From: a virus | Lineage: Duplodnaviria; Heunggongvirae; Uroviricota; Caudoviricetes | Virus record (IMG/VR): IMGVR_UViG_2671180890_000004 | Length of the DNA: 64,000 bases | Direction: 5' to 3' (one strand) | Shown: one piece after another, positions 50,140-59,930 of the stretch | Layout of the letters: each line of letters begins with the position of its first letter | Position numbering within the stretch: the stretch's first letter is position 1 | Position numbers and translations under genes: made by a program | Notes under the pieces: model-generated | Told to the model about the DNA's origin: nothing | Seen by the model: only the letters and a program-made list of their open reading frames with translations | Database searches by the model: none

Positions 50140-50502
50140 TTAATGACCTGCTGCGCGGAGTTTTCCGTCAGGTTCACCGGCAAGAGTCAGTAATTGTCCC
50201 TGGTCTTCCTGCAGAATAGTCAGGCGACCACCGCGATTGACATACATCGGCGTTTCGGTGGTGTCTTCTTCGGAAATTTTCCCGCGGTTAGTCGGACGAA
50301 CATATGAGAGTTTGTGTTTTATTTTCACACGGTTCTCATCAAACGGTTCGATTTCCAGGTTGAGCGAGACCTTACCTTTGGTTTTCGTGTTCATCACACC
50401 GGAAGCGACTTCACTGAGAACTGCGCCGATTTTGGTTTCAAATACGCCGCCGTCCAGCTCCCCGATAAATTCCTGCACGTTGGTACTGCGTTCGCTAGCC
50501 AT
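50140..50502 (-). CDS. Hypothetical 120-aa early-left protein
   Basis: Start set at MASERS after GAGGAG RBS; ORF track start far upstream is unlikely. Confidence 0.45.
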   Translation of the reverse strand: MASERSTNVQEFIGELDGGVFETKIGAVLSEVASGVMNTKTKGKVSLNLEIEPFDENRVKIKHKLSYVRPTNRGKISEEDTTETPMYVNRGGRLTILQEDQGQLLTLAGEPDGKLRAAGH

Positions 50503-50939
50503 TTTGCTGCTCCTCATCATATCGACCCTGCAAGGCCGATTAGTTTCTCCACAAAACAGAGAAGAACACCTGCGGTGGCAGCCGCCCCGGTGGATTGGGT
50601 TATGAGCCCGTCGTCCGGTGATGCTCTTCTCTGTTTTGTAAAAAGAGCGGTACCAGCCGGAAGCAAGGGTAGAAGCTGGTACCGCCAGGACTACACACAG
50701 CATAAAGTTGTGGTGCCGGGTGCCTCCCGGTGCCTGGCGAAGGTTGCACACCAGGCGGGTGGGTATCCACAGAAGGTCGACTGTCAGCCTCAACCTTAAC
50801 CCGCGTGCGCTGAGCCGCATTCACCACAACGCTAAGGATTCTCTCAGGTTGAAAATACTTAGCTGTTATGTGCCTGTCTTTTCACCACTTCAGGCTCGGT
50901 GGTATCCTTTTAAGCCCGTATACATAAAAGGAAAATCAA

Positions 50940-51185
50940 ATGACTTTTGATGAAAAAGAACTTGATAATGCAATTAATAAAATCATCGTAACGTCGCTCT
51001 TTTCCTGTCTCAGCGACACTCAGCAAAAACAGTTCTACGAATCGGCTTTCAACATGATCGAGCGTTGTTGTTTCTGCGATGCCGACGAGTTACCTGAAAA
51101 AATCAGGAAACAGTTGGCTGATGCTCTTCGAGTGCGACTTTCTGACCAATTTTCTGAAATGTGCTCTCCGAATTTGGACAAATAG
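50940..51185 (+). CDS. Hypothetical 81-aa protein
   Basis: ORF only; convergent overlap with 51103-51399. Confidence 0.25.
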   Translation: MTFDEKELDNAINKIIVTSLFSCLSDTQQKQFYESAFNMIERCCFCDADELPEKIRKQLADALRVRLSDQFSEMCSPNLDK

Positions 51186-51399
51186 AAAAAGGCCATTTCC
51201 ATTCAGGGTCTGATGGAAATACTTCAGCCTGTTCCAAAGCACGGCGTAAAGAGAACACAACTCCAGCCATAATCTGATGTTTCCCATTGGTCCAGCTATC
51301 GCCGCTCTGATCTACAGGGGCGGCTATGTCGTATGACCAAACGACTTCACAGTTATTGTTTAAAATCTGGACTTTCATTTCATACACCTGCTTTAACAT
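51103..51399 (-). CDS. Hypothetical 98-aa protein left of cI
   Basis: ORF only. Confidence 0.3.
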   Translation of the reverse strand: MLKQVYEMKVQILNNNCEVVWSYDIAAPVDQSGDSWTNGKHQIMAGVVFSLRRALEQAEVFPSDPEWKWPFSICPNSESTFQKIGQKVALEEHQPTVS

Positions 51400-51571
51400 G
51401 AGTGCCTAGTGGCACAACATGACTCAACGAATCATCCTGGACTTCATATGCCCCAGGCGGCTACTTCGTGGGCGTCCTGCCTGTTCGTTGTTTCGCTTAG
51501 GTACATTATGTATCTCAAGGGTACATTGTCAAGTATAAAAAAACCTGCCGAAGCAGGTTCATAAACATTGA

Positions 51572-52246
51572 TTAGGCTTTGATTTTGTATCTTCTTGGTT
51601 TTCCTGAGAAAATCACTGTACCAATTATAGAGCAATTACCGTTGATCTTAATGTAAGGCTCAGGCCAGTTTGGGTTTAACGCTTTGAGATAACGCTGTGT
51701 CCCATCTTCTATCAACCTTTTGAAGGTGGTTTCACCTGTATCGTGCATCAATGCAATAACGTCGTCACCGTGGCAGGCAGGTACTTCAGGATCGACAAAA
51801 ATCATGTCTCCCGGGCGGTACTCATCAATCATTGAATCACCTATCACCCGCAAGATATAAGTCATTTCCCCACAGGGTACAGGGCAGGGATACGTTTCTG
51901 CTGTGCTCAAATCAACCTCAGAATATCCAACTTCTTTCCATGCTCCGGCCTGTACCCATGATATGACAGGGACTAATGTGATTTGTTTATTAGTGATTGA
52001 AACATCAGGTTTTTTTGTGATGTTCGTTGTCTGGTGTTCTTGATCGAGCCATCCGACAGGCAGGTCGAAACATTTTTCGATGTGTCGTGCCATGCTGTCA
52101 CCGATATTTTTAGTAGCACCATCTCCCATAAATCTGCTGGTCTGGGTTGGCTCGCGATCAATCATAGTGGCAAAGGAAGAATTCCCGCCAACACCATCTC
52201 TCAGTTTTCTGGCGTTAGACCGCCGGATGTCATGGATTGTTTTCAT
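51572..52246 (-). CDS. cI: CI-type repressor (HTH plus S24 LexA-like peptidase domain)
   Basis: 224 aa; C-terminal GDSM serine motif and Lys, N-terminal HTH; divergent from cro. Confidence 0.85.
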   Translation of the reverse strand: MKTIHDIRRSNARKLRDGVGGNSSFATMIDREPTQTSRFMGDGATKNIGDSMARHIEKCFDLPVGWLDQEHQTTNITKKPDVSITNKQITLVPVISWVQAGAWKEVGYSEVDLSTAETYPCPVPCGEMTYILRVIGDSMIDEYRPGDMIFVDPEVPACHGDDVIALMHDTGETTFKRLIEDGTQRYLKALNPNWPEPYIKINGNCSIIGTVIFSGKPRRYKIKA

Positions 52247-52261
52247 AACGAAATTAAAACC

Positions 52262-52282
52262 CTTGTACCGTTAAGGTACAAG
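52262..52282. promoter_or_regulatory. Candidate OR operator, palindrome CTTGTACC-GTTAA-GGTACAAG
   Basis: Perfect inverted repeat in the 90-bp cI-cro intergenic region; GGTACA half-sites recur left of cI. Confidence 0.5.
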
Positions 52283-52336
52283 TATCTTGAAGGTTCATTT
52301 CAATCATGTAATATGTATACCGGAGGTACATATTGT

Positions 52337-52537
52337 ATGAAAGCGTATTGGGACTCTTTAACCAAAGAACAGCAGGGCGAGTTGGCCGGAAAAGTTGGCT
52401 CAACACCTGGCTACTTACGGCTGGTTTTCAATGGCTATAAAAAAGCCAGTTTTGTGCTGGCTAAAAAACTTGAGCAATGCACGTCAGGTGCAATTACGAA
52501 ATCTGACTTAAGACCGGATATCTATCCGAAAGATTAG
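52337..52537 (+). CDS. cro: Cro-like repressor
   Basis: 66 aa, GGAGG RBS, divergent from cI. Confidence 0.65.
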   Translation: MKAYWDSLTKEQQGELAGKVGSTPGYLRLVFNGYKKASFVLAKKLEQCTSGAITKSDLRPDIYPKD

Positions 52538-52568
52538 CAGAACACTTTCAATTTTTAACCACAGAACG

Positions 52569-53132
52569 ATGAGGCTAATCGTGGGTAAGCATCACTGGAA
52601 AATAGAAAAACAGCCTGAGTGGTACGTGAAAGCTGTCAGAAAAACTATCGCGGCGTTGCCGGGGGGTTACGCTGAAGCGGCTGACTGGCTCGATGTAACA
52701 GAAAACGCTTTATTCAACCGCCTTCGTGCAGATGGCGATCAGATTTTCCCGCTGGGATGGGCAATGGTTTTACAGCGTGCTGGTGGCACTCACTTCATTG
52801 CTGATGCTGTGGCGCAGTCTGCAAATGGCGTCTTTGTGTCTCTTCCTGACGTCGAGGATGTGGACAACGCCGATATCAACCAGCGCCTGCTGGAAGTCAT
52901 TGAACAGATTGGCAGTTATTCCAGACAGATTCGTTCAGCAATCGAAGACGGTGTAGTGGAACCGCATGAGAAGACAGCAATTAACGACGAGCTGTATCTC
53001 TCAATTTCGAAGCTGCAGGAGCATGCAGCACTGGTCTACAAAATCTTTTGCATTTCAGAAAGTAATGACGCCCGCGAGTGTGCAGCTCCGGGCGCCGTGG
53101 CGTGTCGTGACTGTGGAGAAACTAACGCATGA
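52569..53132 (+). CDS. CII-like regulatory protein (YdaT-like)
   Basis: 187 aa, position after cro. Confidence 0.5.
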   Translation: MRLIVGKHHWKIEKQPEWYVKAVRKTIAALPGGYAEAADWLDVTENALFNRLRADGDQIFPLGWAMVLQRAGGTHFIADAVAQSANGVFVSLPDVEDVDNADINQRLLEVIEQIGSYSRQIRSAIEDGVVEPHEKTAINDELYLSISKLQEHAALVYKIFCISESNDARECAAPGAVACRDCGETNA

Positions 53133-53467
53133 ACAGTTTAACAACACACTACCGTCGCTCGCAACTGATTGCGCTTCCTGTACCGGGTGGAAAAGCGAAG
53201 ATGGAGTATTGCTATGCAGTTAATGTACCAGGTGACAGGGAAATTGTAACCCACAGCTTTGCTGAGTGGGCTGTGGGTGATTTCAACCGGCAGAAGGAGA
53301 CAGTCCTTTGCGAGAAGTTAACCGCTGGTTCAAAGATCACTACGGAGTGCCCGTCAGAGTCATTCGTTGGGAGCCGGAAACACAACGGGTTATCTACCTC
53401 CGCGAAGGCTATGAGCATGAGTGCTTCAGCCCGCTCGAACAGTTTCGTCGTAAATTCAGGGAAATAG
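53129..53467 (+). CDS. Hypothetical 112-aa protein
   Basis: ORF between CII-like and replication genes. Confidence 0.35.
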   Translation: MNSLTTHYRRSQLIALPVPGGKAKMEYCYAVNVPGDREIVTHSFAEWAVGDFNRQKETVLCEKLTAGSKITTECPSESFVGSRKHNGLSTSAKAMSMSASARSNSFVVNSGK

Positions 53468-53476
53468 AGGTCGGTC

Positions 53477-54418
53477 ATGAGCACTAAATTAACCGGCTAT
53501 GTATGGGATGGTTGCGCAGCGTCAGGCATGAAATTATCCAGCGTGGCAATTATGGCCCGCCTGGCTGATTTCAGTAATGACGAAGGTGTGTGCTGGCCAT
53601 CAATTGAAACCATTGCCCGCCAGATTGGCGCGGGGATGAGTACCGTCAGAACGGCTATCGCACGGCTGGAAGCAGAAGGCTGGCTAACGCGTAAGGCGCG
53701 TCGCCAGGGTAACCGCAATGCGTCGAATGTTTATCAGCTTAACGTTGCGAAGCTTCAGGCAGCGGCATTTTCTCAACTGTCAGATTCTGACCCGTCAAAA
53801 TCTGACGCATCAAAATCTGACCCGTCAAAATTTGATGCGTCGAAATCTGGTAAAAAAGCGGGTTTTCACCCGTCAGAATCTGGCGGGGATCCGTCAGTAA
53901 AATCAAAACATGATCCGTCAGATAAAAAACCTTCTCGTCCGGACGCTTCGCAACCGGACACGCAGACGGCTGAACAGGATTTTTTAACTCGCCATCCTGA
54001 TGCGGTTGTATTCAGCCCTAAAAAGCGCCAGTGGGGGACGCAGGATGATTTGACCTGCGCACAGTGGCTCTGGAAAAAAATCATCGCCCTGTACGAGCAG
54101 GCTGCCGAATGTGACGGCGAGGTGGTTCGTCCCAAAGAACCGAACTGGACAGCCTGGGCAAACGAAATTCGCCTGATGTGTGTGCAGGATGGTCGTACTC
54201 ACAAACAAATCTGCGAGATGTACAGCCGCGTCAGCCGCGATCCGTTCTGGTGCCGTAACGTGCTCAGCCCGTCGAAGCTGCGGGAAAAATGGGATGAGCT
54301 TTCCCTGCGCTTATCGCCGTCCGTAAGCACGTACACCGAAAAACGCGAAGACCCGTACTTCAAATCCAGTTACGACAACGTGGACTACAGCCAGATCCCG
54401 GCAGGATTCAGGGGGTGA
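53477..54418 (+). CDS. Replication initiator (O-like) containing internal iterons
   Basis: N-terminal wHTH region; internal DPSKSDASKSDPSKFDASKSG peptide encoded by direct DNA repeats. Confidence 0.6.
   Translation: MSTKLTGYVWDGCAASGMKLSSVAIMARLADFSNDEGVCWPSIETIARQIGAGMSTVRTAIARLEAEGWLTRKARRQGNRNASNVYQLNVAKLQAAAFSQLSDSDPSKSDASKSDPSKFDASKSGKKAGFHPSESGGDPSVKSKHDPSDKKPSRPDASQPDTQTAEQDFLTRHPDAVVFSPKKRQWGTQDDLTCAQWLWKKIIALYEQAAECDGEVVRPKEPNWTAWANEIRLMCVQDGRTHKQICEMYSRVSRDPFWCRNVLSPSKLREKWDELSLRLSPSVSTYTEKREDPYFKSSYDNVDYSQIPAGFRG
53770..53860 (+). repeat. Iteron-like direct repeats (candidate origin) inside replication initiator gene
   Basis: Repeated TCTGACCCGTCAAAATCTGACGCATCAAAATCTGACCCGTCAAAATTTGATGCGTCGAAATCTGG units. 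Confidence 0.6.
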
Positions 54419-54909
54419 TCATGAGTCTGTTAAATGACGTTCAGAAATTCATTGAAGCCCATCCGGGGTGTACTTCCGGAGACATTGCGGATGCTTTTGC
54501 AGGTTACTCACGGCAGCGCGTTCTGCAGTCTGCAAGCAAGTTACGTCAGAGTGGGCGTGTGGCTCACCGTTGTGAAGGAGATACACGCAGACATTTTCCG
54601 CGCCTGACTGAGAGAGCGCAGGAACCGGAACCACAACCAGTTCGAGAAACCAGATCTGTGCGCAATTTCTATGTCGGCACTAACGATCCTCGGGTGATTT
54701 TGTGCCTGACCCGCCAGGCGGAAGAACTGGAGTCCAGGGGCTTATACCGTCGTGCTGCAACCGTGTGGATGGCGGCATTCCGTGAAAGCCACTCCCAGCC
54801 AGAACGAAACAATTTTCTGGCGCGTCGTGAGCGGTGCTTACGGAAAAGCAGCAAGCGCGCTGCATCGGGTGAAGAGTGGTATCTGTCAGGGAATTACGTG
54901 GGGGCTTAA
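54415..54909 (+). CDS. Hypothetical replication-module protein
   Basis: 164 aa in the position usually held by a helicase loader; not recognised. Confidence 0.35.
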   Translation: MIMSLLNDVQKFIEAHPGCTSGDIADAFAGYSRQRVLQSASKLRQSGRVAHRCEGDTRRHFPRLTERAQEPEPQPVRETRSVRNFYVGTNDPRVILCLTRQAEELESRGLYRRAATVWMAAFRESHSQPERNNFLARRERCLRKSSKRAASGEEWYLSGNYVGA

Positions 54910-55562
54910 TGAGTAATAAATATTGCCAGGCGCTGGTGGAACTGCGGAACAAACCAGCCCATGAACTGAAGGAAGTGGGCGATCAGTGGCGCACGCCGGA
55001 CAACATTTTCTGGGGAATTAACACCCTGTTTGGCCCGTTTGTTCTGGATCTGTTTACTGACGGTGATAACGCCAAATGTGCCGCGTATTACACGGCGGAA
55101 GATAACGCGCTGGCGCATGACTGGTCAGAACGTCTTGCGGAGCTTAAAGGTGCTGCCTTTGGTAATCCCCCATACAGCCGCGCCAGTCAGCATGAGGGGC
55201 AATACATCACCGGCATGCGTTACATCATGAAACATGCCAGTGCCATGCGTGATAAGGGCGGGCGCTATGTTTTCCTGATCAAAGCGGCCACCAGCGAAGT
55301 GTGGTGGCCGGAAGATGCAGATCATATTGCTTTTATTCGCGGGCGTATTGGTTTTGAACTGCCTGCCTGGTTTATACCGAAGGACGAGAAGCAGGTGCCG
55401 ACAGGCGCTTTCTTCGCTGGTGCTATTGCTGTTTTCGACAAGACCTGGAAGGGACCGGCAATCAGCTACATCGGGCGTGATGAACTTGAGGCATGTGGTG
55501 AGGCGTTTCTGGCGCAGGTTCGCCAGCAGGCGGAAAAACTGGTCAGGGAGATGGCGGCATGA
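54909..55562 (+). CDS. Phage-type DNA N6-adenine methyltransferase
   Basis: NPPY motif in GNPPYS; start overlaps upstream stop (TAATG). Confidence 0.7.
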   Translation: MSNKYCQALVELRNKPAHELKEVGDQWRTPDNIFWGINTLFGPFVLDLFTDGDNAKCAAYYTAEDNALAHDWSERLAELKGAAFGNPPYSRASQHEGQYITGMRYIMKHASAMRDKGGRYVFLIKAATSEVWWPEDADHIAFIRGRIGFELPAWFIPKDEKQVPTGAFFAGAIAVFDKTWKGPAISYIGRDELEACGEAFLAQVRQQAEKLVREMAA

Positions 55563-55885
55563 CGACGTTAACTCAATGCCAGCAGCAGGTGCTGGATATG
55601 CTGATTTCTTACCAGAAAGAACGTGGCTTCCCGCCAACCAATCAGGAGGTGGCAACCATGCTGGGATACCGTTCAGTGAATGCAGCGGTGGAACATCTTC
55701 GCGCACTGGAGAAAAAAGGCGTCATCACGATAAAGCGTGGCGTGGCCCGGGGTATCACTCTTCATACCGCGGTGAAGGACGACGACAGCGAGGCGGTCGG
55801 GATTATCCGCTCACTGCTTGCCGGTGAGGAAAACGCCAGGCTGCGTGCAACCCACTGGTTACATGAGAGAGGCCTGAAAGTATGA
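55559..55885 (+). CDS. LexA-like N-terminal DNA-binding domain protein
   Basis: 108 aa with LexA-type wHTH segment. Confidence 0.5.
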   Translation: MTTLTQCQQQVLDMLISYQKERGFPPTNQEVATMLGYRSVNAAVEHLRALEKKGVITIKRGVARGITLHTAVKDDDSEAVGIIRSLLAGEENARLRATHWLHERGLKV

Positions 55886-56271
55886 AGCTGATCCTGCCTT
55901 TCCCGCCCAGCGTGAACACGTACTGGCGACACCCCAACAAAGGGGCGTTTGCAGGTAAGAGCCTGATAAGCGCGGCGGGGCGAAAATTCCAGAGCGCGGC
56001 GTGCGCAGCAATAGTTGAGCAGTTACGTCGTCTGCCGAAACCAACGTCGGCACCTGCTTCAGTGGAGATCGTGTTGTTTCCTCCGGATAACCGGATCCGC
56101 GATCTGGACAACTATAACAAGGCGCTGTTTGACGCCCTGACCCACGCGGGTGTGTGGGAAGACGACAGTCAGGTGAAAAGAATGCTGGTGGAGTGGGGAC
56201 CGGTTATCCCGGAAGGGAAGGTCGAGATCACTATCAGTAAGTACGAGAAAACGGCGGGTGCAGCCGCCTGA
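55882..56271 (+). CDS. rusA: Holliday junction resolvase RusA
   Basis: 129 aa with LPFPPSVNTYW and DLDNYNKALFDAL motifs. Confidence 0.85.
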   Translation: MKLILPFPPSVNTYWRHPNKGAFAGKSLISAAGRKFQSAACAAIVEQLRRLPKPTSAPASVEIVLFPPDNRIRDLDNYNKALFDALTHAGVWEDDSQVKRMLVEWGPVIPEGKVEITISKYEKTAGAAA

Positions 56272-56290
56272 TTAAGAGGAGAAACGAAGT

Positions 56291-57100
56291 ATGAATAATC
56301 TGATGGTCATTGATGGTATTGAAGTTCGTCGTGATGCTTATGGGCGTTACAGCCTGAACGATCTGCATCGCGCTGCAGTAGCATCTGGTGCAAATGCCAG
56401 AACCAAGGAGCCGGGAAAGTTTCTTTCCAGCCAACAAACTGTTGAGCTTGTTCATGAATTGACCAACACCCAGAATTTGGGTGTTGACCCGGTGAGTGTG
56501 ATTCATGGGGGAAATGAACGGGGAACGTATGTCTGCAAGGAACTGGTGTATGCCTATGCAATGTGGATCAGCCCGTCATTCCATCTGAAGGTGATCCGTA
56601 CTTTCGATATGGTAACCAGCGCACCGGAAAAATTATCCGGACAGGCTGCTGACAAGATGCAGGCTGGCGTGATCCTGCTGGACTTTATGCGCCGGGAGTT
56701 AAACCTGTCTAACTCTTCAGTGCTTGGTGCCTGTCAGAAACTCCAGGAGGCTGTTGGCTTACCGAATCTGGCACCGCGCTATGCCATTGATGCTCCTGCT
56801 GACGCGCCTGATGGCTCAAGCCGCCCCACGCTATCATTGAGTGCACTGCTGAAGCAGTATGGTATCCGCCTGACAGCTAATCAGGCATATCACCAGATGG
56901 CGAAGCTGGGGATCGTTGAACAACGTGAACGATACAGCCGCACTGCGATTAACAACATCAAAAAATTCTGGTCGCTGACGGCGAAAGGCTGCATGTTCGG
57001 CAAGAACATCACCAGTCCCGCAAATCCGCGCGAGACGCAGCCGCATTTCTTCGAATCCCGATTCCCTGAGCTGTTAAAGCTGCTCGATACCGTTCATTGA
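56291..57100 (+). CDS. KilA-N domain protein
   Basis: N-terminal KilA-N-like region. Confidence 0.6.
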   Translation: MNNLMVIDGIEVRRDAYGRYSLNDLHRAAVASGANARTKEPGKFLSSQQTVELVHELTNTQNLGVDPVSVIHGGNERGTYVCKELVYAYAMWISPSFHLKVIRTFDMVTSAPEKLSGQAADKMQAGVILLDFMRRELNLSNSSVLGACQKLQEAVGLPNLAPRYAIDAPADAPDGSSRPTLSLSALLKQYGIRLTANQAYHQMAKLGIVEQRERYSRTAINNIKKFWSLTAKGCMFGKNITSPANPRETQPHFFESRFPELLKLLDTVH

Positions 57101-57101
57101 G

Positions 57102-58097
57102 GTGACCGTGAGAGCACTACTGACCCCTGAAATTGCCCCGCGTATGGGGATCGTATTGTTCAGACCAGGTTCAGAGCTGATGCCCTTGTTTATGCAGGGG
57201 CGTGTCTTGCTGGAGCCTGAGCCGGAACGTTATTCATCTTTCGCCAGTGGTGCCGTTCCGGCGGCATCACAACCGCTGGCGGATGATCCTGCCGTTCGGG
57301 CCGTGTTCCGCAATGAGGCAGTGATCCGTCGTGCTGGTGGCGTGGAATGTCTTGAAAGCTGGTTACTTCGTGAAAAAGGCTGCCAGTGGCCTCATTCCGA
57401 CTGGCACAGCGAGAACATGACAACAATGCGACACGCTCCGGGCGCAATCCGTTTGTGCTGGCACTGCGATAACCAGCTGCGCGATCAGTTCACGGAACGG
57501 CTGGAATCAATGGCAACGGATAACAGTGCCCGCTGGGTGTTGTCTGTTGTGCGTCGGGATCTCGGTTTTGATGATAGTCACGTTGTGACAATGCCGGAAC
57601 TGTGCTGGTGGCTGATTCGTAATGATCTGGCGGATGCCTTACCGGAAAGTGCAGCCCGTAAGGCACTGAGATTACCGAAGCCTGTTGTGCCGTCTGTTAC
57701 CCGGGAAAGTGACCTTATGCCTTCGGTTCCTGCCACCAGCATCATCCAGGATAAGGCGAAAAAGGTGCTGGCGCTGAAAGTGGATCCGGAGTCGCCGGAG
57801 TCTTTTATGTTACGCCCCAAACGTCGCCGCTGGGTTAATGAAAAGTACACGCGATGGGTTAAGACGCAGCCGTGCGCATGTTGTGGAAAACCTGCTGATG
57901 ATCCCCACCACCTGATAGGTCACGGTCAGGGTGGAATGGCTACAAAAGCGCATGACCTCTTTGTGTTGCCTTTGTGCAGAAAGCATCACGACGAGCTGCA
58001 TGCGGATACCGTGGCATTTGAAGAGAAGTATGGCTCCCAGCTGGAGCTGATATTTCGTTTTATCGATCGTGCACTGGCAATTGGCGTACTGGCCTGA
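57102..58097 (+). CDS. DUF968-like protein with C-terminal Cys/His cluster
   Basis: 331 aa; CACCGKPADDPHHLIGHGQGG...CRKHHDELH. Confidence 0.55.
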   Translation: MTVRALLTPEIAPRMGIVLFRPGSELMPLFMQGRVLLEPEPERYSSFASGAVPAASQPLADDPAVRAVFRNEAVIRRAGGVECLESWLLREKGCQWPHSDWHSENMTTMRHAPGAIRLCWHCDNQLRDQFTERLESMATDNSARWVLSVVRRDLGFDDSHVVTMPELCWWLIRNDLADALPESAARKALRLPKPVVPSVTRESDLMPSVPATSIIQDKAKKVLALKVDPESPESFMLRPKRRRWVNEKYTRWVKTQPCACCGKPADDPHHLIGHGQGGMATKAHDLFVLPLCRKHHDELHADTVAFEEKYGSQLELIFRFIDRALAIGVLA

Positions 58098-58099
58098 TT

Positions 58100-58456
58100 T
58101 TGTGGAGAAAGTTGATGCGTGATATGTATGAAGTATTGGACCGCTGGGGTGCATGGGCTGCAGCAGATAACAGTGGTGTGGACTGGCAGCCTGTTGCTGC
58201 AGGGTTTAAAGGTTTACTACCTCATGGAAAGAAAACACGCCAACAATGCGATGATGATGAAGGAATCATGATTGACAGCTGTGTTGCGCGATTGCGGAAA
58301 TATAAGCCCGAAGAGTATGAGTTGGTTATTGCTCATTTTGTTATCGGCATCTCACTAAGAACTATTGCAAAGAAGCAGAAGTGTTCTGATGGGACAATAA
58401 GAAAAGAGTTGCAAACAGCTCTTGGTTTTCTGGATGGTGTGCTTTCAATGTTGTAA
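58100..58456 (+). CDS. Q-like late antiterminator
   Basis: 118 aa with conserved LDRWGAWAA...AAGFKGL...CDDDEGIMIDSCVARL pattern; followed by hairpin terminator. Confidence 0.6.
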   Translation: MWRKLMRDMYEVLDRWGAWAAADNSGVDWQPVAAGFKGLLPHGKKTRQQCDDDEGIMIDSCVARLRKYKPEEYELVIAHFVIGISLRTIAKKQKCSDGTIRKELQTALGFLDGVLSML

Positions 58457-58459
58457 TAT

Positions 58460-58488
58460 TAGGGGGGATTACCCCCCTTTTTTTCTCT
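58460..58488 (+). terminator. Rho-independent terminator after Q-like gene
   Basis: AGGGGGGATTACCCCCCT stem followed by T7 run. Confidence 0.7.
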
Positions 58489-59017
58489 GTTGCTTTAATA
58501 AAATTTTAATATTTTGTCTGATTATGATGAGGCAATGTAATAAAAGAAATACCGTTAGTATTGCAAGCCATACGCAAAATAAGCATGCATATAAATTAGT
58601 TGAAAGCCCAATAGTGAATTGTGCAATTGCTGTTGTGATAGAACATAATATTGATGTATTAATAAATGAGGATAAATTGTCTAAAGGTTTATAAAGTACA
58701 CTATCATTGATTTTGTCAATAGGTATACCAGTGGCAATGCTATAAATTTCCTTATATTCCTGAGTTGCAAAAACCTTATCGCGTAAATTTATTATGACAA
58801 AGGTATGCAGGCTCAATAAAAATGAGCCCACGGAAATAAAACCGGAGAAGAGATAGCCTCGTAAGTTTTTATGATAAAAATCAAAAAAGTTAACACTTAC
58901 TTTAGGTGTGTTTCTGTACAATAGGTAAAGTGCAAGCAATGCCAGGATCGAGAATGCAAGCAGTGTAAGGTACTGATACCTCAATCTTTTATTTATTAGC
59001 CATTCATATAAAGGCAT
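58469..59017 (-). CDS. AT-rich 182-aa membrane protein with four predicted TM helices
   Basis: Four hydrophobic segments; translationally coupled to 59004-59930. Confidence 0.55.
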   Translation of the reverse strand: MPLYEWLINKRLRYQYLTLLAFSILALLALYLLYRNTPKVSVNFFDFYHKNLRGYLFSGFISVGSFLLSLHTFVIINLRDKVFATQEYKEIYSIATGIPIDKINDSVLYKPLDNLSSFINTSILCSITTAIAQFTIGLSTNLYACLFCVWLAILTVFLLLHCLIIIRQNIKILLKQQRKKGG

Positions 59018-59930
59018 TTTTATTCGTCCCGTTCAGCATTTCTTCTTTTATCATATCAAAAACAGGGTTTGTTGTATAATTATCGTTTGTCAATCCATTG
59101 ACTTTATCGGCAATTATATCGAAATCGTATGTTTCAAAAAAAACAGGGCAGTTCATAAAATCAATGGTTTTTTCTATTCCTGCATGGTTTACTGCAATAA
59201 CCTGTGCTTTAGCAACTCCACTCATAGAATTATAAATATTTGAAAGATTCTGAGATAGTTGTTGCACTTTTGTTCTGTCGCTAGAATTAAAATTCATATC
59301 TATTGTGGTGGTGTTAACAAATTGTTCAAGCGCAGTCATTGGTCCACCTTTAAAATCTATATAATTAAATTTAAAGCTTGTGCTTTTAATCTCTTTGAAT
59401 TGACATAAAACACTCTGAATGTTGTTTTTATTTGTCATAAGGCTGAAAGTCAGTCTTTCTTTGTATTTTTTATTTATTGCAGTTACTTCTTTTTGTTTTG
59501 GTTTATCACCAAGTTTTTTTATTTCTTCTTTATTTTGATTTCTGATAAATTCATTACTTATTGTTTCTAAATGAGAAAAGAGAGTGTTCAGACTGCATGA
59601 ACCGTGGTGATACATATAGAGACCAGAAAGATTAGATTTTTTAATTAAGAAAAAGTTGAAATTAGCAAGTTTGTCACTTCCTTGAAGATCTTCAATTTTA
59701 AGCTGGAATTTACCATCAACAAATTGCGACTTACAGTTCTTTTTTTGGTTTCTGAATGTGACAACTAATCCATAATAGAAATCATTCACATCCGAAATGA
59801 GAATTTTACGAGTATAGTCTGTGCGACTGTGTTCTCTGTTTGATGCGTTGATAAAAGCATTCATTACGTCAACGGTATTAATATTTTTGTTATTGTTATT
59901 TATTGTAAATCCTATGCTTCTAACTTTCAT
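59004..59930 (-). CDS. AT-rich hypothetical 308-aa soluble protein, first gene of antisense moron pair
   Basis: Asn/Lys-rich, low GC; stop overlaps start of downstream membrane-protein gene. Confidence 0.55.
   Translation of the reverse strand: MKVRSIGFTINNNNKNINTVDVMNAFINASNREHSRTDYTRKILISDVNDFYYGLVVTFRNQKKNCKSQFVDGKFQLKIEDLQGSDKLANFNFFLIKKSNLSGLYMYHHGSCSLNTLFSHLETISNEFIRNQNKEEIKKLGDKPKQKEVTAINKKYKERLTFSLMTNKNNIQSVLCQFKEIKSTSFKFNYIDFKGGPMTALEQFVNTTTIDMNFNSSDRTKVQQLSQNLSNIYNSMSGVAKAQVIAVNHAGIEKTIDFMNCPVFFETYDFDIIADKVNGLTNDNYTTNPVFDMIKEEMLNGTNKNAFI

Noticed and set aside
50503-50820. 5' extension of ORF 50140-50820
   Set aside because: Extension has no RBS and runs through the inverted-repeat region; a strong RBS precedes the internal ATG at 50502
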